Shown: piece after piece, positions 1 through 10,862 of the stretch
Layout: each line of letters starts with the position of its first letter
Position numbering within the stretch: position 1 is the first letter of the stretch
From: Eledone cirrhosa
Taxonomy: Eukaryota
Direction of reading: 5' to 3'
Assembly: GCA_964016885.1 (NCBI GenBank)
Contig: OZ024743.1
Span: 192,324,001-192,388,000 of the forward strand
Length of the DNA stretch: 64,000 bases
Translations under genes and position numbers: made by a program
The notes under the pieces: generated by a model
The model's database searches: none
The model's input: only the letters and a program-made list of their open reading frames with translations
What the model was told of the DNA's origin: nothing

Positions 1-90
1 TATATATATACATATATATATATATATACACATATATATATACATATACATAAACAAATAACAATCAAAGAGTGTTTAAGAACATTTAAT

Positions 91-137
91 TACTAACGAT
101 CATTTCATCCAAGCACAAGACCAGAATCATCGGAGTA
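91..137 (-). ncRNA. Degenerate type I hammerhead ribozyme motif (U4C core)
   Basis: Minus strand: tact-CCGATGA-stem II (weak, G-U rich)-GAAA-t gatc g-TT-agta, followed by ATTAAA. Stem I is tact/agta and the stem III loop GATC is palindromic. Confidence 0.45.
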
Positions 138-147
138 TAAATCAAAA

Positions 148-434
148 GTTAGAACACTGATAACTTTTTCAAAGAACATTCTGGGAATACTGCATATGGG
201 AAGAAAGCAAAAATAATAGATATTAACATTGATATAAGAAAGGAAAGCAAGAAGCATATGAAAAGCATGGTCATATAAATATAATGCTGATTCTTAATTA
301 TATTTATATGACCATGCTTTTCATATGCTTCTTGCTTTCCTTTCTTATATCAATGTTAATATCTATTATTTTTGCTTTCTTCCCATATGCAGTATTCCCA
401 GAATGTTCTTTGAAAAAGTTATCAGTGTTCTAAC
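148..434. repeat. Perfect inverted repeat, 138-bp arms, 11-bp spacer
   Basis: 148-285 is the reverse complement of 297-434. Spacer is gctgattctta. The unit lies between (TA)n tracts. Confidence 0.95.
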
Positions 435-556
435 GTATATACGTATATATATATTATAATATATATATATATATATATATAACGAAGGAAATGTGGTAAG
501 GAACCAGGTGGACCATAAAGCTCCAAAGTACTCAATACTTGGGGTAGTAGAGTGGG

Positions 557-639
557 TAATAGGAACCAGTAAGACCCCGACGGCTGAGCTCAAGCCGTTT
601 CGACGGCTTGAGCTCAGCCGTCGGGGTCTTACTGGTTCC

Positions 640-644
<5 letters not shown>
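557..644. repeat. Perfect hairpin, 42-bp arms, TTCG loop; contains the 3' half of a hammerhead
   Basis: 557-598 pairs with 603-644. The minus strand from 602 reads cGAA-ACGGCT-tgagctc-AGCCGT-C (GAAA, stem III, UC site). Flanked by (TA)n. Confidence 0.85.
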
Positions 645-678
<34 letters not shown>

Positions 679-681
679 CAT

Positions 682-713
<32 letters not shown>

Positions 714-773
714 TAGAAAGTGAGATTTTTTTACAAAATGAAAAAAAAACGAGGTGTTCTACACGAGTGAAAG

Positions 774-2155
774 TATAAGGAAAAAAGATGAAATCGAAAA
801 TGCAACTGGAGTCTTTTTTTTTAAATATATTTATGTGGTTCCTTTACAGGTTTCGCAGTTCTTGTTCTTTTCAAAAGTAGAATTGTGAGATGGAGGTTTT
901 GTGGTTTTCTCGCATCTGGTTGATGTTCGAATGTTACTTCTGTTTTACATGGAAAAAAGTGGTTCGAAATGCTAGATTTTTAGAAAAGTAATTTGGTTGG
1001 TTGATGACTGTCATGTGAATAAGTATAATAAATTTCGCGCCCCAGTTCATGTTACAAAGTTCTTATTATATTTGCCTTCAAAAAAAAAGGGGGGGGGGGG
1101 GGGGCTCAGATTTTTTTTTCATATATGAGTGAAGTTTGGTTGGTTGATGCAGTTACGTGAATAAGCACATCAGCTTTCGTGCCAGTTTGTGTTTGAATTT
1201 CTTTTTACATAAAAAAGTGGCTCACAAAGGCTTTATTTATAAATGTAATTTGATTGGTTATAAATGAAATTATGACTGTCACGTGAACAAGTACATTAAA
1301 TTGCGCGCTGTATTTTGGAACTTTTTTGTAGCCATTTAGAGAATTGTGTGCCAAACAAAAGATAATGGTCAAGAACGGGATGGGGAGAATTGTTCTGGTT
1401 CAGGGATTATGGCTGATGTGCTGAAATGTAATTTGATTGGTTATAAATGAAATTATTACTGTCACGTGAATAAGTACATTAAATTTCGCGCCCGTATTTG
1501 GGAATTTCTTTTGTAGCCATTTAGAGAATTTTGTGCCAAACCAAAGATAATGGTCAAGAACGGGATGGGGAGAATTGTTCTGGTTCAGTGAGTATGGCGG
1601 ATGTGCTGGCGTGTCAAAATTCAGACTTTCTATTGAAATAAAGAAAGTAGAGATATGTATGTTTATTTGTGTGCTGGTGTGTAATTTCATTTATAACCAA
1701 TCAAATTACATTTATAAATAAAGCCTTCATGAGCCACTTTTTTTAAGTAAAAAGAAATTCAAACACAAACTGGCACGAAAGCTGACGTGACTGCATCAAC
1801 CAATCAAACTTCACTCATATATGAAAAATAAATCTGAGTCCCCCTTTTTTTGAAGGCAAATATAATAAGAACTTTGTAACGCGAACTGGCGCGAAATTTA
1901 TTATACTTATTCACATGACAGTCATCAACCAACCAAATTACTTTTCTAAAAATCTAGCATTTCGAGCCACTCTTTTCCATATAAAACAGAAGTAACATTC
2001 GAACACCAACCAGATGTGAGAAAAACCACAAACCCTCCATCTCAATTCTACTTTTGAAAAGCGCAAGAACTGCGAAACCGGTTAAGGTACCAAATAAATA
2101 TATTTAAAAAAAAAAGACTCCAGTTGCATTTTTGATTTCATCTTTTTTCCTTATA
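774..2155. mobile_element. Non-coding element with imperfect ~480-bp inverted arms, an internal tandem duplication and a terminal hammerhead motif (Penelope-like architecture)
   Basis: 774-1272 is inverted relative to 1682-2155. 1241-1400 is repeated at 1424-1590. The 3' tail recurs at ~2352-2435. Ends at (TA)n. Confidence 0.6.
2049..2089 (+). ncRNA. Minimal type I hammerhead motif, U3-A8 core variant
   Basis: ctt-TTGAAAA-gcgcaagaactgc-GAAA-CCGG-TT-aag, then AATAAA. A diverged inverted copy is at ~836-880 (-). Confidence 0.5.
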
Positions 2156-2665
2156 TATATATTTATATAAATATCAAGCGTGAAACTAATACTAATATCA
2201 TTTGTACTGCCTATTCGTTTTTCTGTTTTTTGTTCTCTGTTTATTTATTAAACTATACATTTATATATGTATATATATATATATATTTATATATATAGTA
2301 ATAATAAATGTGAAGACTAAAATCCCGTTAAGGGTGAAAACAGCGATTCTTTGCGAAACCGGTTAAGGAACCAAATAAATATATTTAAACAAAAAAGACT
2401 CCAGTTGCATTTTCGATTTCATCTTTTTTCCTTATATATATATTTTTTTTTTCTTCCCATGCTGGCCAGTATGACTGTCTCTACGAAGTCATCTACTCAC
2501 TTTTTGGTTTATTTCGCTGAAATCCTCTAAGATGTCATAGGCCTTGATGGCTACCTATCTCACAATTTTCCTCCCGCCCATCTCGTCACACCACCATAGG
2601 CTATTCGACCAATCAAACCTCAGCAACATGTCCCCACCCATTACCAGCCCCAACAAACTCTGCCA

Positions 2666-2666
2666 T

Positions 2667-2724
<58 letters not shown>
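2666..2724. repeat. (CTA)n microsatellite
   Basis: Direct inspection. Confidence 0.95.
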
Positions 2725-2725
<1 letters not shown>

Positions 2726-2949
2726 TCTCTCTCTCCTCACCCGTCCCAGCCCCAACACACCCTGCCATTATTACCACCACCACTGTTCTTCTAGCCCTGA
2801 ATTTTCCTACCGTTATGTATGGATGAGAATAAATGGAGCAACCCTGAACTAATAAATGAAAATGAATATGAATCCGTGAGCTACCAAGCACCCATGTGAA
2901 GCTTCAATTCAGAGACAGGAAGCATACACACACCCCTGCATAAATTTAC

Positions 2950-5900
2950 CCTTTCCCATGAATGTTGACAAATGTTGAGAAATTTTAGAGATGCTAGAGC
3001 GAAAGGAAATTGATGTATGCTGTGTGCAAGAGACTAGATGGAGAGGAGAGTCTGCCAGAGTCCTTGTAGGAATAAGTCAGTGCTACAAATTTTTCTAGGT
3101 GGGAAATGATGATGGGATGGGTGGTGTAGGTATCCTACTAGCTGACAAATGTGTAGATAAGGTAATCTCAGTGAACAGGGTGAATGCAAGAATCATTAAA
3201 CTCAGACTAGTCCCGAATAAAACAATTACCACAATAATATCAGCTTACGCACCCCAATCGGGGTTGCCAGACGAACTTAAAGATAGGTTTTACGAGTCCC
3301 TAATGCACACTACGGCTCTAACAAACGACAATGACTTCCTAATCATTGCAGGAGATTTTAATGGACACATAGGTAAACACCGTGACAGCTTCTATAGAGT
3401 CCATGGAGGCCATGGGATTGGCACAAGAAATGAAGAAGGCTTCAGGCTTCTAGAATTCTGCAACGCCAATGACATGTCGATATGTAACACAAACTTCAAA
3501 AAACCCGACAACCATCTGATCACCTATAGTTCAGGGGAGCATTCTAGTCAGATAGATTTTATCCTCATCAGAGGACATGACAGATGGACGGTCGTAAACA
3601 CAAAAGCCTTTCCTGGTGAGGAATGTACCTCCCAACATAACTTAGTTGTCAGCGACCTCACGGTCAGAACTAAACGAACCTGGAAACAGAAGCTAACCTG
3701 GAGTAGAAAGATCTGGAAGCTGAAAGACCCCTTAGCCAGTAACAGATTTAAAGATATTTTACTCGACGCCTATGACAGTAAAGAAGAACAGATAGAGACA
3801 TTCAATGTAAAGAGCACTGGGAGTTCCTAAAGAATAACTTACTAAAGGCGACGGATGAGATCTGTGGCTGGAGTAAGACCACAGGCAGGAGAAGAGTGAC
3901 TTGGTGGTGGAACAATAAGGTAGATGAGGCGGTTAAGGCCAAGAGACAGGCATAGAAAGAATGGAAGAAGGGTGGAAGCAGGGTACATTATATAGAGACC
4001 AGGAGGGAAGCTAGGCGACAAGTATACTTAGCTAGGAGGGAAGCAGAGGATAGAAAATTCAAGCATGTTTTGCAACGTGAGGACCAGAAACAGGAGGTGT
4101 TCAAGATTGCGAGGCAGTGTGTCAGAGAGAACTGTGAGGTCATTGGAGAGAAGTGTGTTCGGAATGATAAAGTTGAGCTTGCCCTCACAAGTGCTGAGAA
4201 GAAAGATGCGTGGAAGAGCCATTATGAAAGATTACTAAATGAGGAGAATGCATGGGAAGAAAAGACCCTATAAAACGGCCAGCAGTACAAGTCAGCAGCA
4301 GCGTAGTATGTAAGGCAATCAAAGATATGAAGACGTGAAAGGCAACCGGTCCATCGGGTATAGCTGCCGAGATGCTGAAGGCATTTGGGTCGGTAGGTCA
4401 CACCATAACCACACATATTGTTAACTAGGTAATACTAGGTGTCATACCAAAGGATTGGTGCAGTAGCATCATTGTCAACTCCTATAAAGGTAATGCACTA
4501 GATAGAGGAAACTATAGAGGTATAAAGCTGATGGACCAGGTCATGTAAGTAACAGAAAGAGTTATAGCACAGTTGATTAGGGACCGGGTGAAACTAGATG
4601 AGATGCAATTTGAATTTGTGCCAGGAAGAGGCACCACTGATGCCCTCTTCCTTGTGAAGCAGTTACAGGAAAAGTTCCTAGCTAAAAGTAAGCCACTCTA
4701 CCTGGCATTCGTCGATCTTGAGAAAGCCTTTGACAGAGTTCCCCGTGCTATAATCTGGTGGGCTCTTAGAAAACCAGGAGTAGATGAATGGCTTGTGAAA
4801 GCTGTACAAGTCATGTATAGGGGAGCAGTCAGCAAAGTTAGGATTAGCAATGAGTATAGCGAGGAATTTAGCGTACAGGTTGGTGTCCACCAGGGCTCTG
4901 TTCTTAGCCCTCTCCTGTTCATCATATTTCTGCAGGCAATAACGGAGGAGTTTACGACCGGATGCCCATGGTAACCCCTGTATGCAGATGACCTCACACT
5001 TATACCTGAATCTATGGTAGAACTAGAGAAGAAATTCCAAACATGGAAGCAGGGACTAGAAAGAAAGGGTTTCAAAGTCAACCTGACAAAGACTAAAGTC
5101 TTCATAAGTAGATGAGAAAACAGAACCCAGATCCCCTCAGGGAAATGGCCTTGCTCAGTATGTAGGAAAGGTGTAGGTAGGAACTTCATCGTCTGCCCAA
5201 ATGCAAAAAATGAGTACACAAGAGATGTAGCGGGATCTCAGGAAGCTTAACTAAGAATGTAGGCTTCACATGTAGCAGCTGTGCTGGGACAGCAAGCAGC
5301 AAACAGCCACAGGAAACAAGTACCACCAAACTCTGGGAGGGCTCTGTAGATACAGTAGACAGCTTCTGCTACCTAGGTGATCGAATTAGCAGCGGAGGTG
5401 GGTGTTCAGAAAGTACAATAACTAGGGTAAGAACGGGGTGGAAGAAGTTCAGGGAACTACTGCCACTACTAGCTGCAAAAGGCTTCTCCCTCAAAATGAA
5501 AGGCAGACTGTATGATGCGTGTATACGAACAGCAATGTTACATGGTAGTGAGACCTGGGCGCTGTCTGTGGAAGACTTGCGTAGATTAGAAAGAAACGAA
5601 GCCTGCATGCTCCGATGGATGTGTAATAGTAATATACGTGAAAGGCAAAGTATAAACGAATTGAGAGAGAGACTGAGCATAAGAGGAATCAAATGCTGTG
5701 TGCAGGAGAGGCGGTTGCGTTGGTATGGACATGTGATGCGTATGAAGGATGACAGCTGCATAAAAAGGTGCAGAATACTAGAAGTCGATGGAAACCGCGG
5801 AGTGGGGAGACCCAAGAAGACCTGGGATGAGGTGATAAAAGCCGACCTTACCCAATTACACCTCTCAAAGGCGATGAGACACGACCGTGACTTCTGGCGT

Positions 5901-6214
5901 CACGCAGTAATACAAAAGACCCAAGTTCACACAGGTACAAGCCGAAGCTGAAGCATATAGACAATATTCCTGCACACCCTCCCACTGTAAAGTGGACGTG
6001 TAGGTGCCACGGCAAAAAAGCACCCAGAACTCACTGTAAATGAGGTTAGTGTTAGGAAGGGCATCCAGCTGTTGAAATCAAGCCAGAATCAGTTCCCGTA
6101 TGAGCAACACAAGGTCAGCCGACCGGACACTGCCCACAACAGGACAACAAGTCTAACCCATGCTAGCGTGGAAGAACGGACGTAAAACGGTGATGATGAT
6201 GATGATGATGATGA
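2950..6214 (+). mobile_element. RTE-clade LINE, decayed (stops and frameshifts); 5' boundary approximate
   Basis: APE motifs (VQETRW, ISAYAPQ, AGDFNGH, SQIDFIL, SQHNLV) at ~3020-3660. RT motifs (FVDLEKAFDRV, GVHQGSVLSP, YADD at 4981). RTE-type C-terminus (RRLRWYGHVMR, GRPKKTW) to 5951. 3'UTR ends in (GAT)n. Confidence 0.9.
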
Positions 6215-6415
6215 TATATGGGCAATGATAAATAAAATTGAATGGCAGTTTATAAAATTAGTTCAGAACCCATACCTTGCCAAAAATGCCAGCTATAACT
6301 CAGATTTAAGTAACTTTACTATTTTGACACTCCTAACTAATATAGTTGTTCATCTCTTTCATCTAAATACATATCTGTCCAACCCATCAAGCATGGATAA
6401 AACAGACATAAAAAC

Positions 6416-6465
<50 letters not shown>

Positions 6466-6508
6466 GGAGGAGGAGGAGGAGGAGGAGGGGGAGGAGGAGG
6501 AGGAGGAG
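6416..6508. repeat. Compound (GAT)n(GAG)n microsatellite
   Basis: Direct inspection. Confidence 0.95.
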
Positions 6509-6654
6509 CATCATCTCCATGAAGAATAGACATCAATAAAATGTTGTACAAGTCAATAATATATTTAGAATTAATCACAGCTGATAAGATTCAAGCAATA
6601 TTTTGGTCTCCCAAACCATTGTTGACAGTCAAAATGCAAAAGACTTTAGTGAAT

Positions 6655-7092
6655 GATAATAATGGTTTCTAATTTAGGCACAAGGCCAGCAATTTGAGTG
6701 GAGGTAGGAGAAAAAGTTGATTAAATCAATCCCAGTATTTGATTGATACTCTATTTTATCGATCTTGGTAGGATGAAAGTTGTCTTCAGCAAGATTTGAA
6801 CAGAGAATGTAAGGGACCAAAACAAATACTGAAAAATATTTTGTCTAGTGCTCTAACGATATCCCAATCCACCACCCTCAAAATAATGGTTTCAGATTTA
6901 AGCAGAAGGCCAACAATTTTAGGGGAAAAGAAAGTCAATTAAATCAACCCCAGTGTGTATTGGTACTTTAATTTATGGATAAAAGGCAAAGTTAATCTCT
7001 GGGGGATTTGAACTCATAACATAAAGGGCTGTAACTATATACTGTAAAGCATGTTGTATGTCTGACACTCTACGAATACTGCCAATCAACCA
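6655..7092 (-). mobile_element. Two old tandem copies of the tRNA-derived (ATT-tailed) SINE
   Basis: Reverse-complement similarity to the 20532 SINE (ggcacaaggccagcaatt..., gatttgaac B-box complement), present twice. Confidence 0.65.
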
Positions 7093-7093
7093 C

Positions 7094-7146
<53 letters not shown>

Positions 7147-7407
7147 TTTCTTTATTAACCACAAGGGTTTACATAAAGTAGACATTAAGGACAGTGCAGG
7201 ACAATGCAGGACGGTACAAATGGGCATTTCTGCGTGTAAAAAAAACAAAAACAGAGGATGTAACAAAAATAACAATGAAAATAACAATGAAAAATTCCCC
7301 AATAGGGGGGAGACTTCGGAGGGACATTTGTGGAGAAAGCCCAGTAAAAAGCCACAATGACCCTGACCACCAAGGCAAGTGCCCTCTCCCAGTTTTCCAC
7401 CTTTAGT

Positions 7408-10400
7408 TTACAGATATATACTCAGAGTCGGCCCATTCACTCGGGCCATTCTTGCTTCTCTCACCCATCTTTCAACAAAATGCTGGGAAGAGAGCACTTC
7501 CTTCTCTACTCTGATTTTCCTTTTCAAATGAAATTTGAAAAAGTCAATCAGAGCATCACCGAAGAGGTAAGTGCTCGTCTTCAGCCCTTTCAAACGTGTC
7601 CACCATACTATCTCTTTCGCCATGGCCACCAGACAGATAAAAACTGCCTGCCCTTCTCGGCTAAAGGAGGAGGGCGGGGCAATCCTCACGATAGACTCAG
7701 ATGATAGCTGGATCCGTCCTAAACGCGACAGCAGGTGTTCGACATAAACCCACAAGTCAGCAATTTTCGGACACTGGACGAGTGCGTGCAGGACGGTTTC
7801 GTCGCCCTGCGCGCATCTCGGACATGCCCGGCTGACGGCACCTCCATGCCTGTAGAGTTTATCCCGAACTGGCAAGGCTCCTCGGTAGCACTGCCAGGCC
7901 AGAGATTTCTGGAAGTTGTCCATAGGCCCTGGCCCGAAAGTTCTTCCGAAGAGATTGGCTAGTTGATTTTCGTCGACGCCTAGAGTTTCCCCAAGTACGT
8001 CGTCGCTCTTCCCCTCCACTAATCCTCTATAGAACGCCGAGGTGGAGTTTCCACCGATCACATTGCCCGATTGGTCGAGGGCTGTGAGCGCCTGAAGACA
8101 TTCCAGTCTCCAGGCGCTCCCTCTCGGTCTTCGCTTGACCCAGGACTGCAGCTCCGTCAAGGAAACGAGCTGGGGAAAAACGCGTCTAGCAAACGGCGAC
8201 CACACCTGATCACCGTCGAGGAAGAGGTGGAGATGTCGTAGCCTGAGCGCGTGCCTGCGCATCATCAGCCACGGCATGCCCAGCCCTCCACGTAGCGGGT
8301 GTTGACAACAGATGGACCGCCTGACCATCGGAGCACGTCCCTTCCACAAAAAGCGAAAGAGCAAACGCTCCAGCGCAGTCAGGCGAGGCTTAGGACAAGG
8401 TACGACGGTTAGGCGGTAGCAGATGACAGACGCGATGTACGCGTTAGCCACCTCCGCTCGACCTTTCAGGGATAGCTTCCTCTCCGCCCATTTCTGGGTG
8501 AGAGAAGCCACCCTGCTCGTCACCTCGTCCCAGTTTTTGTCCGTCTGGAGGTCCGGACCGAACCAGACCCCTAGCAATTTAACCGGTCCGTCCGTCCAGC
8601 GCCCGACGACGCTGTTGGACGGCATGGACCTGCCTCTCCAGGTGCCGAGCTGCAGGCCCACTGACTTTTCCTGGTTGATCATTGCTCCTGTCACCGCTTC
8701 GTATTCTCTTAGTGTAGTGCCGATCGCCTCGATGTGTTTGGCGTTCGACACCACTACGGTGACATCGTCCGCATATGCTGACACGGATCTTCCGCATCCT
8801 AGTTCGCGCGGGACCCCCCTCAACGTCTCCAGTTTGTGCAGTAATGGCTCGAGAGTCAATACGTACAAGAGGGACGAGAGGGGACATCCTTGGCGGACCG
8901 AGCGCATGATGTTGAACGGTTCCGACAGGTGACCGTTCACTCTCACCACAGAGCAGATGTCGCTGTGCATGGCAGCGATCCAGCCTCTGAAGACGGGCCC
9001 AAAGCCAGCCGCCCTCAGGACTGCCGCTAGGTAACGATGGTCGACCCTATCGAAAGCTTTCGACTGATCTAAATTGATCAAGGACCCACCCGTGCCAGGT
9101 TCCCTAGCTACCCTCTCTACGATGTATCGCATGAGGTGGAGGTTGTCGTGGATGGATCTGTCGGGAATGGCGCATGTCTGCGCCTCTCCCACCAGACCAC
9201 CAACGACAAGCGCCAACCTCTTTGCTAGCACCTTGGCCAAAATCTTAAACTCTGTGTTTAGCAGAGTTATGGGCCGGAAATTGTCTATGTTATCCCCCTT
9301 GTTCGGATCCTTTCTCAGCAGTGCCACCGCTCCTCGGCTCACAGAACTGGGAATTCTCCCGTTCTGTTGCCAGTTGCAGTAGACGTCCGCCAAGAGGCCT
9401 CCGAACAAGTCTGGCATCTGTACGTAAAGTTCATAGGGCAGACCATCCAAACCAGGCGATTTACCCCTTGTGCAGCCAGTCATTGCCTCCCGTACTTCAG
9501 CGGCTGTTATCGGCTTTTCGCAACACTTCGCCTCAGTGGCCGAGAGCCGCGGCAGTCCGTCGAGGTAGACACTAAAGTCCATCCCTCTACCCGGCCCCCC
9601 GCTGCCCCCGAACAGCTGAGTGAAGTGTCGCTGAAAAGCTTCACACATTTGCCCGGGATCGAGTAGCATGCGCCCGTCGTGGTCCACCAAAGACCGGATC
9701 GTGGCTTTGTTGCCACGACGCGCCTCCGCCACTCGGGCCCATTGAACGGCTTTCGTCCCCTCGTCTCTGAGAGCACGCACCCTAGCTCTGACAACGCAGC
9801 CTTCGTGCTTTGCATTGAAGAATTGGTCAAGGGCCAATTTCGCCGCAAGCACGTCGGTCGCAATGCCTTTGCTAAGCGCCTCGTCTAATTTTCTAACTAG
9901 TTCTCCCTCTGCTCTATTTTTCTCTATTGCTAAAGCCTTACTAAACCTAATCGATTCTATTCTAATCGCTCTTTTCAGAGCAAACCACCACTTGTTGTTG
10001 ACGATGGCCCCCGTCAACGCCCGCTTAACTAGTTCGCTAATCCGGTCTCTGTAGGCCTTGCGCGCTGGTAAGGACGCGTTTAGCTTCCAGTAGCCGGGTC
10101 CTCGTCTATGAAGCCTATCTAAGTCAAGCACACAGATCACGAATTTGTGGTCCGTGTAGCTGACTATCTTGAATTGTGGACAGCCTATGCTAGACCTATC
10201 TATTTCCCTACAAAATACTCTATCTAGATATGATCTGGATGACCCTATGCGGTTTGTCCAAGTCCACATTGGCACATTCGGGAAATCCAATCGGTACCTG
10301 TCAGACAGTTCAAAACGCCTGAGCAGGTTGGTGAGGCTCTTGCACCCTCCACCCCTATCCGCTAATCCCACACAGTCCCAGCGTGCATCTAAGATCCCGT

Positions 10401-10827
10401 TCCAGTCGCCCACTAACACTAAAGAGCGCGACGTTCCAAGAAAGGTCTCCAGACGCCGGAAGAAATCAGGCCGCCCTGCTCCTGTCGGGGCATAGACGGC
10501 CACTAGCCTGAAAGCTTGCCCGTCTCCGCTGGTCACGTCCAGCACCACCAGCTTACCCTCTGGGTCCAGGAAGATGGCCCGTATGGCGAGATCCAAACCT
10601 CTCCGAAAAAGTACAGCAACTCCTCCACCGGATCCAGGACGGCTGGGAGATGCGTACACATCGTAGCCGCCGAAGATCGGTGCGAAGGCCCGTGCTTTGG
10701 AGATTCTGGTCTCGCTGATGGCCACTACATCTATGTTTAGTGACCTGAGGTCGTTGAGCAGGTGACCCTGCTTCCATGACGACCCCAAGCCACGCGCATT
10801 TATGCTGCCTATTCTGAGTGAGGTCAT
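7408..10827 (-). CDS. Tx1/L1 ORF2p: APE endonuclease, reverse transcriptase and C-terminal zinc finger
   Basis: 1139 aa uninterrupted. Motifs SINARGL, SETR, GDWNG, LDRV, TDH; KSPGLDG, NFRPITLLN, DQSKAFD, RQGCPLS, YADD; CPRC...ETVLHALVQC. Confidence 0.95.
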   Translation of the reverse strand: MTSLRIGSINARGLGSSWKQGHLLNDLRSLNIDVVAISETRISKARAFAPIFGGYDVYASPSRPGSGGGVAVLFRRGLDLAIRAIFLDPEGKLVVLDVTSGDGQAFRLVAVYAPTGAGRPDFFRRLETFLGTSRSLVLVGDWNGILDARWDCVGLADRGGGCKSLTNLLRRFELSDRYRLDFPNVPMWTWTNRIGSSRSYLDRVFCREIDRSSIGCPQFKIVSYTDHKFVICVLDLDRLHRRGPGYWKLNASLPARKAYRDRISELVKRALTGAIVNNKWWFALKRAIRIESIRFSKALAIEKNRAEGELVRKLDEALSKGIATDVLAAKLALDQFFNAKHEGCVVRARVRALRDEGTKAVQWARVAEARRGNKATIRSLVDHDGRMLLDPGQMCEAFQRHFTQLFGGSGGPGRGMDFSVYLDGLPRLSATEAKCCEKPITAAEVREAMTGCTRGKSPGLDGLPYELYVQMPDLFGGLLADVYCNWQQNGRIPSSVSRGAVALLRKDPNKGDNIDNFRPITLLNTEFKILAKVLAKRLALVVGGLVGEAQTCAIPDRSIHDNLHLMRYIVERVAREPGTGGSLINLDQSKAFDRVDHRYLAAVLRAAGFGPVFRGWIAAMHSDICSVVRVNGHLSEPFNIMRSVRQGCPLSSLLYVLTLEPLLHKLETLRGVPRELGCGRSVSAYADDVTVVVSNAKHIEAIGTTLREYEAVTGAMINQEKSVGLQLGTWRGRSMPSNSVVGRWTDGPVKLLGVWFGPDLQTDKNWDEVTSRVASLTQKWAERKLSLKGRAEVANAYIASVICYRLTVVPCPKPRLTALERLLFRFLWKGRAPMVRRSICCQHPLRGGLGMPWLMMRRHALRLRHLHLFLDGDQVWSPFARRVFPQLVSLTELQSWVKRRPRGSAWRLECLQALTALDQSGNVIGGNSTSAFYRGLVEGKSDDVLGETLGVDENQLANLFGRTFGPGPMDNFQKSLAWQCYRGALPVRDKLYRHGGAVSRACPRCAQGDETVLHALVQCPKIADLWVYVEHLLSRLGRIQLSSESIVRIAPPSSFSREGQAVFICLVAMAKEIVWWTRLKGLKTSTYLFGDALIDFFKFHLKRKIRVEKEVLSSQHFVERWVREARMARVNGPTLSIYL

Positions 10828-10862
10828 GTTTAAAATAGAGTGGAAAAGATGGGAAAGACCAC

